Assembly: GCA_963780225.1 (NCBI GenBank)
Contig: CAWAAX010000009.1
Location: 164,033-228,032 of the forward strand
DNA from: an uncultured bacterium
Lineage (GTDB): Bacteria > Edwardsbacteria > AC1 > EtOH8
Reading direction: 5' to 3'
DNA: 64,000 nt
A model generated the notes under the pieces. That model saw only the letters and a list, made by a program, of their open reading frames with translations. It was not told the origin of the DNA and made no database searches. The position numbers and the translations under genes are program-made. This document shows positions 59,246 through 64,000 of the stretch, in pieces (the stretch's first letter is position 1; each line of letters begins with the position of its first letter).

Positions 59246-59706
59246 CATCATGCCGGGCAGTAGTCCGCCGCAGGCGGGTCAGCTCCACCATTCGTTTGTA
59301 AGGCAAGAGGCCTGGCTCACGGCAAGCCATTTTTATTTGCGAAGGATGAGAAGCGACGGTCAGCGCAGCTGAGTGGTTCTCCGCCGGCAGTAATGCTTGG
59401 GGGCCAGGCGACGGCGGATCCGCCTTTGGCGGAGAATCCGACATCACCGTACCATCATGCCGGGCAGTAGTCCGCCGCAGGCGGGTCAGCTCCACCATTC
59501 GTTTGTAAGGCAAGAGGCCTGGCTCACGGCAAGCCAGTTTTATTTGCGAAGGATGAGAACCGACGGTCAGCGCAGCTGAGTGGTTCTCCGCCGGCAGTAA
59601 TGCTTGGGGGCCAGGCGACGGCGGAACCGCCTTTGGCGGAGAATCCGACATCACCGTACCATCATGCCGGGCGGTAGTCCGCCGCAGGCGGGTCAGCTCC
59701 ACCATT
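59246..59706 (+). repeat. 207-bp tandem repeat (2.2 copies) containing the tRNA-Ala 3' end
   Basis: Units start at 59246, 59453, 59660; TCAGCTCCACCATT recurs at 59228 (tRNA), 59279, 59486, 59693. Confidence 0.95.
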
Positions 59707-59847
59707 TCATTGGAGAACTTCGGACGCTGATCTCCGCAGACGCCGTAGTGAGCGTCAGCCGAACTATTCCGCAGATTATTTTTGAATGTGGCGGTAAACA
59801 GAATTTCCTGTATTCCTGGTTTCCTCATAAGTAAAAGTTTCATCAGT

Positions 59848-59877
59848 CCCGGCCGGTCACGGCCGGGTTTTTTGTTG
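59848..59877 (+). terminator. Rho-independent terminator
   Basis: CCCGGCCG-GTCA-CGGCCGGG followed by T6. Confidence 0.85.
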
Positions 59878-59963
59878 TCCCGGGAATTTTTGTCACCCCT
59901 AAAAACTAAAATACAGTCAATCAACGATCACCAGTATTTACAAAACAAGAGGAGGTATCTCAA

Positions 59964-60086
59964 ATGTTCAGAAGAACCGCCACCGTGATGTTCCTGATCC
60001 TGGCCGTGGGGACCTGCGCCGTCCAGGCCAAGAACTGGAGCCCGGCCAAAAACTGTCACCCCTCAAATGTAAACTTAAAACAATAA
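59964..60086 (+). CDS. Small ORF (40 aa) consisting mostly of a signal peptide
   Basis: RBS AGGAGGT; MFRRTATVMFLILAVGTCAVQAKNWSPAKNCHPSNVNLKQ; below ORF-track cutoff. Confidence 0.5.
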   Translation: MFRRTATVMFLILAVGTCAVQAKNWSPAKNCHPSNVNLKQ

Positions 60087-60167
60087 ACAAACCGGCCCCA
60101 AAGAGCGCGGGCTTAAAAAAACCAAACAACCAAAAGTAATGTGTATTTACAAAAGGAGAATGTGAAC

Positions 60168-60590
60168 ATGGAACAAACCAACACCAAAACCGCCAGCTTT
60201 ACCGACCTGATCGTCTGGCAAAAAGCGGTGGAACTATTTGAACTGGCTGCCCAGGACACCGAAAGGTTTCCCCAGGGCAAGGCCTCATTTTTAATGGCCG
60301 GCCAGGTGGTCAAGTGCGCCGGTTCGATCGGCGCCAGCATCGCCGAGGGCTACGGCCGGGGAGGCCAGAAGGAGTTCGGCTATCGCCTGACCGCGGCCAA
60401 GGGCTTCGCCTTTGCCACCCAGGACTGGTACCACAAAATATCCCGGATGGGTTATATGACACCGGAAGCGGCCGAACAGCGGCTTAAACTTCTGGGCGAG
60501 ATCTCCCGGATGCTGGGCGGCCTGATCGCCAGGGTAACCGGCAAAAAGAAGGACCAGAAGGAAACCCCGGAAACGGGATCAAACCAGTAA
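60168..60590 (+). CDS. Four-helix-bundle protein (TIGR02436 / 23S-IVP-like)
   Basis: SFTDLIVWQKA, QVVKCAGSIGASIAEGYGR, EF...L..AKG, EISRMLGGLI; RBS AAGGAG. Confidence 0.9.
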   Translation: MEQTNTKTASFTDLIVWQKAVELFELAAQDTERFPQGKASFLMAGQVVKCAGSIGASIAEGYGRGGQKEFGYRLTAAKGFAFATQDWYHKISRMGYMTPEAAEQRLKLLGEISRMLGGLIARVTGKKKDQKETPETGSNQ

Positions 60591-60806
60591 TTTAGCCCCC
60601 GCGCTCTTAGGGCGGTTAAATGAAACTTTTAGCCACTCACGCCATAGGCGGATCCGCCTATACGGACTTGCTTGCGGTGGCGGAAAAAAGCACAGAAGGC
60701 ACAAATCTTACAATTCACAATTTACGATTCACAATCTGGTTTGTGCATTATGTGGCCAATCACGGAAAAATGATCGAATTACGAAAATTAAAATTATAGG
60801 TGTAAA

Positions 60807-61277
60807 ATGTCTGAAGTGAATTTCTCAAATATTCTAAAAACTGGCTCCCGGAACAACGCCTGGGAGGAGGCCCGGCTTTTGGCCCGTAACATCGGCCTGC
60901 TGGTGGATAACAGCCGGCAGATAGCCCAGGATCCCAGGCTTTCTGGTTGCTGCCTGAACACCGCCTACATCGGCCTGCCTCATTTAAAAACCAGGGCCAT
61001 AGCCCTGGGCCGGTTGCTGGATCTTTGGAACCAGGATAAATGGACCGAGACCTGCCCGGCCTGTGGCGAGACCGTTTACATCCTGGGGGCAGGAGGGGGC
61101 GCCTTAAGCGGCCGGAACGGCTGGTGGGGTGTTTGCGGCCATTGTCAGGGGGTTCTGTCGGGCAGCAAGGAAAAGTTCTATCAACTATACTCCGAGTTTG
61201 CCGGAGGGCCTGCAGGCCCATCACATCCCGAGCAGATAGATCTCTGCGACCTGCTGACAGAACTGCGGGCGGCATAG
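60807..61277 (+). CDS. Hypothetical protein with zinc-ribbon (CPAC...CGHC)
   Basis: Two CxxC pairs flanking GAGGGALSG; RBS AGGTG. Confidence 0.7.
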   Translation: MSEVNFSNILKTGSRNNAWEEARLLARNIGLLVDNSRQIAQDPRLSGCCLNTAYIGLPHLKTRAIALGRLLDLWNQDKWTETCPACGETVYILGAGGGALSGRNGWWGVCGHCQGVLSGSKEKFYQLYSEFAGGPAGPSHPEQIDLCDLLTELRAA

Positions 61278-61306
61278 CAGACTCCAGGAACTTCCAGGGA
61301 ATAACC

Positions 61307-61387
61307 CGAACGCAGATTTCCGCAGATTGGAACTGATTGCGCTGATAATTTTATTGAATTTATAAAATCTGCGTTTATCTGCGTCCT
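61307..61387. repeat. Intergenic inverted-repeat element with ~9-nt periodic arms
   Basis: GAACGCAGATTTCCGCAGATT ... AATCTGCGTTTATCTGCGTCC. Confidence 0.7.
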
Positions 61388-61515
61388 AAATATCTTGCTA
61401 CTTACCCCGGTCGGATCAAAATAAAATTGATCCGGCCTTTTTTATTGACTTTTAACCGGTCAAAAGCTTATCATTATGTTTCACTTAAAATATGAACTAA
61501 ATATCTCGGCATCCA

Positions 61516-62547
61516 ATGGCCCAGAAAAAGACTGAAAGACTTCTGGAACTGGTGTCTCTGCTGCTAAAGCACCGCCGCCCGGTTCCCAAGCCGGAGATCA
61601 GGAAACTGCTGCCCCACTATCAAGGGCTTTCCGGTCCCAGCTTTGACCGGACCTTTGAACGGGATAAAAGGGAGCTGCGGAGCCTGGGGGTGCCGCTTAA
61701 GGTCTATTCCATCGAGACCGGGGAGGAAGTGGACAGTCCGGCCCAGGCCGCCAAGTACGAGGCGCAAGAGCTGGGGTACCTGATAGACCACGAAGAGTAC
61801 TACCTGCCCCGGTTAGACCTTACTTCAGAAGAATGGGCGGTGATCTCCCTGGTCTGCGCCGGGCCGCAGTCCCCGGCCGCCAAAGACCAGGCCAAGGCTT
61901 TGGCCAGCCTGGCCCAAAAGATAGGCTGCCAGAAGCCCGGGGGAAATGAACGGCGATCCGAGATCGGGCTTAGCGCCAACGCCCGGCCCGAGGCCGCCGC
62001 CGAAGCCAAAGTGCTTGGGCGATTGCAGGAAGCGGTAAAGGAAGGAATCTCCATCCGGTTCAGCTATCACAGCATCCAGCGCGATGCCAGGGACCAGCGC
62101 CAGACCGACCCCTATCTTCTGATCTACAATGCCGGGGTGTGGTACCTGATAGCATACTGCCACAAGAGAAAAGAGGTCCGCACCTTCAAGGTCTCCCGGA
62201 TACAGGAACTGAAACTGCTTAACGGCCAGCCCCGGTTCAATGTGCCCAAAGATTTTGATAAAACAAAATACCTGGGACGCAAGGCCTGGGAAATGGGCGG
62301 AGGCCTGGTTATACCGGTTACCCTGAAAGTAAAACCCGAAAACACCTGGCTGGTCAAAAAAGAACTGGGACCGCAGGCGGTCTGGAACAAGGTAACGGAC
62401 CGGGTCACCGTAACTGTCAGCAACCCCGATCCCTTCATCCGCTGGGCTGCCGCCCACTGCGACCAGGTGCGGGTGGAGCAGCCGGAGGAAATGGCCAAAC
62501 AGATTACTAATAGATTGCAACAGGTCTTAAAGATTTATCAAGCTTGA
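61516..62547 (+). CDS. WYL-domain transcriptional regulator (PafB-like HTH-WYL-WCX), copy 1
   Basis: ERLLELV, RTFERDKRELRSLGVP, FSYHS, DPYLL...WYLIAYCH, RTFKVSRI. Confidence 0.93.
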   Translation: MAQKKTERLLELVSLLLKHRRPVPKPEIRKLLPHYQGLSGPSFDRTFERDKRELRSLGVPLKVYSIETGEEVDSPAQAAKYEAQELGYLIDHEEYYLPRLDLTSEEWAVISLVCAGPQSPAAKDQAKALASLAQKIGCQKPGGNERRSEIGLSANARPEAAAEAKVLGRLQEAVKEGISIRFSYHSIQRDARDQRQTDPYLLIYNAGVWYLIAYCHKRKEVRTFKVSRIQELKLLNGQPRFNVPKDFDKTKYLGRKAWEMGGGLVIPVTLKVKPENTWLVKKELGPQAVWNKVTDRVTVTVSNPDPFIRWAAAHCDQVRVEQPEEMAKQITNRLQQVLKIYQA

Positions 62548-62673
62548 CTTCTATAAAAATTATCTTTACCACGGAAACACAGAATTATCGAAAGGTAAAT
62601 TACTGCAGCAGGTGTTTTGTGGAGTATGTTCCGTGTTTCCAAAATATCCATTTATAATTAGGAGGCATTTGTC

Positions 62674-62769
62674 ATGCAGTTTAAGTGCTCCTTTCAGGTG
62701 GCCGGGGCGGGGGAACGCAAGATATCCGACGCCATCTCCAGGGAGATCAACTTTGCGAAACCCTGTTAA
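62674..62769 (+). CDS. Small ORF or gene fragment (31 aa) between the WYL copies
   Basis: RBS AGGAGG; MQFKCSFQVAGAGERKISDAISREINFAKPC. Confidence 0.35.
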   Translation: MQFKCSFQVAGAGERKISDAISREINFAKPC

Positions 62770-62853
62770 TTTGGTCTATTCCGGGAAAGGCCTAGAGTTA
62801 AACATTGTTATTTTCATAAACATAGAACAACAATAAATATATCTTATAATCCA

Positions 62854-63885
62854 ATGGCCCAGCAAAAAACAGAGAGGCTGCTGGAACTGGTGTCCCTGCT
62901 GCTGAAGCACCGCCGCCCGGTTCCCAAGCCTGAGATCAGACAACTGTTGCCCCACTATCAGAGGCTTTCCGGCCCCAGCTTTGACCGGACCTTTGAGCGG
63001 GATAAAAGGGAGCTGCGCAGCCTGGGAGTGCCTCTTAAGGTCTATTCCATCGAGACCGGCGAAGAAGTGGACAATCCCGCCCAGGCCGCCAAGTACGAGG
63101 CGCAAGAGCTGGGGTACCTGATAGACCACGAAGAATATTACCTGCCCCGGTTAGACCTTACTTCAGAAGAATGGGCGGTGATCTCCCTGGTCTGCGCCGG
63201 GCCGCAGTCCCCGGCCGCCAAAGACCAGGCCAAGGCTTTGGCCAGCCTGGCCCAAAAGATAGGCTGCCAGAAGCCAGTGGGAAATGAACGGCGATCCGAG
63301 ATCGGGCTTAGCGCCAATGCCCGGCCAGAGGCCGCCGCCGAAGCCAAAGTACTGGGACGCATCCAGCAGGCGGTAAAGGAAGGAATCTCCATCCGGTTCA
63401 GCTATCACAGCATCCAGCGCAATGCCAGGGACCAGCGCCAGGCCGACCCCTATCTTCTGATCTACAATGCCGGGGTGTGGTACCTGATAGCATACTGCCA
63501 CAAGAGAAAAGAGGTCCGCACCTTCAAGGTCTCCCGGATACAGGAACTGAAACTGCTTAACGGCCAGCCCCGGTTCAATGTGCCCAAAGATTTTGATAAA
63601 ACAAAATACCTGGGCCGCAAGGCCTGGGAACTGGGCGGGGGCCTGGTCGTTCCGGTTACACTGCAAGTCAAACCCGAAAACGCCTGGCTGGTTAAAAAAG
63701 AACTGGGATTGCAGGCGGTCTGGAACAAGGGAACGGACCGGGTCACCGTAACTGTCAGCAACCCCGATCCCTTCATCCGCTGGGCCGTCGCCCACTGCGA
63801 CCAGGTGCGGGTGGAAACACCCAAGGAAATGGCCAAACAGATTACTAATAGATTGCAACAGGTCTTAAAGATTTATCAAGCTTGA
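62854..63885 (+). CDS. WYL-domain transcriptional regulator (PafB-like), copy 2
   Basis: Same length (343 aa) and motifs as copy 1; about 18 aa differences by manual comparison. Confidence 0.93.
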   Translation: MAQQKTERLLELVSLLLKHRRPVPKPEIRQLLPHYQRLSGPSFDRTFERDKRELRSLGVPLKVYSIETGEEVDNPAQAAKYEAQELGYLIDHEEYYLPRLDLTSEEWAVISLVCAGPQSPAAKDQAKALASLAQKIGCQKPVGNERRSEIGLSANARPEAAAEAKVLGRIQQAVKEGISIRFSYHSIQRNARDQRQADPYLLIYNAGVWYLIAYCHKRKEVRTFKVSRIQELKLLNGQPRFNVPKDFDKTKYLGRKAWELGGGLVVPVTLQVKPENAWLVKKELGLQAVWNKGTDRVTVTVSNPDPFIRWAVAHCDQVRVETPKEMAKQITNRLQQVLKIYQA

Positions 63886-64000
63886 CTTCTATAAAAATTA
63901 CCTTTACCACGGAAACACAGAATTATCGAAAGGTAAATTACTGCAGCAGGTGTTTTGTGGAGTATGTTCCGTGTTTCCAAAATTTCCGTGTTTCAGTGGT

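Noticed and set aside
59246..59706. CRISPR or protein-coding interpretation of the 207-bp repeat (ORFs 59160-59372, 59397-59579, 59604-59834, 59175-59924)
   Set aside because: Whole units are duplicated with no unique spacers. The ORFs overlap the tRNA, lack RBS or domain signal, and stay open because 207 is a multiple of 3 in GC-rich DNA.
48603..60590. Diversity-generating retroelement suggested by Avd-like four-helix-bundle proteins
   Set aside because: No reverse transcriptase and no TR/VR pair with adenine-specific mismatches seen; differences between the WYL copies are not A-specific.
60090..60617. 23S rRNA intervening sequence
   Set aside because: No rRNA sequence flanks either four-helix-bundle gene.
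61445..61463. TTGAC-N9-GTCAA palindrome as a WYL autoregulatory operator
   Set aside because: Only 5-bp arms, overlaps a generic -35, and is not present upstream of the second WYL copy; insufficient support.

Overview
64-kb chromosomal window from a diderm, probably anaerobic bacterium (outer-membrane beta-barrels, butyrate kinase/phosphate butyryltransferase genes). Coding regions are GC-rich and intergenic DNA is AT-rich. Every credible gene is on the + strand. In order: a HEAT-repeat protein, guaA, a duplicated buk/ptb cluster interleaved with unrelated genes, rpiB-glyA-dCMP deaminase-folK-dNK-dapA-queH, a NikR-controlled metal-uptake operon (clear operator), queA, a dcw cluster (mraZ to ftsZ; STAS gene inserted, rsmH frameshifted, no ddl), two helix-hairpin-helix/barrel genes, rseP, an EF-G paralogue, pgk, two OM barrels and tRNA-Ala(UGC). 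An accessory tail follows with a 207-bp tandem repeat built from tRNA-like pieces, a four-helix-bundle gene enclosed by inverted repeats, and two ~95%-identical WYL genes. The most unusual signals are non-coding: (i) a symmetric 4+4 array of a 16-bp motif at ~32-bp period (12213-12463); (ii) the tRNA-derived tandem array; (iii) a window-wide set of short-period inverted-repeat elements that carry REP-like hairpins nested inside them, flank four-helix-bundle genes and appear in frame inside guaA and queA. All calls come from reading the sequence and ORF track; no searches were run.
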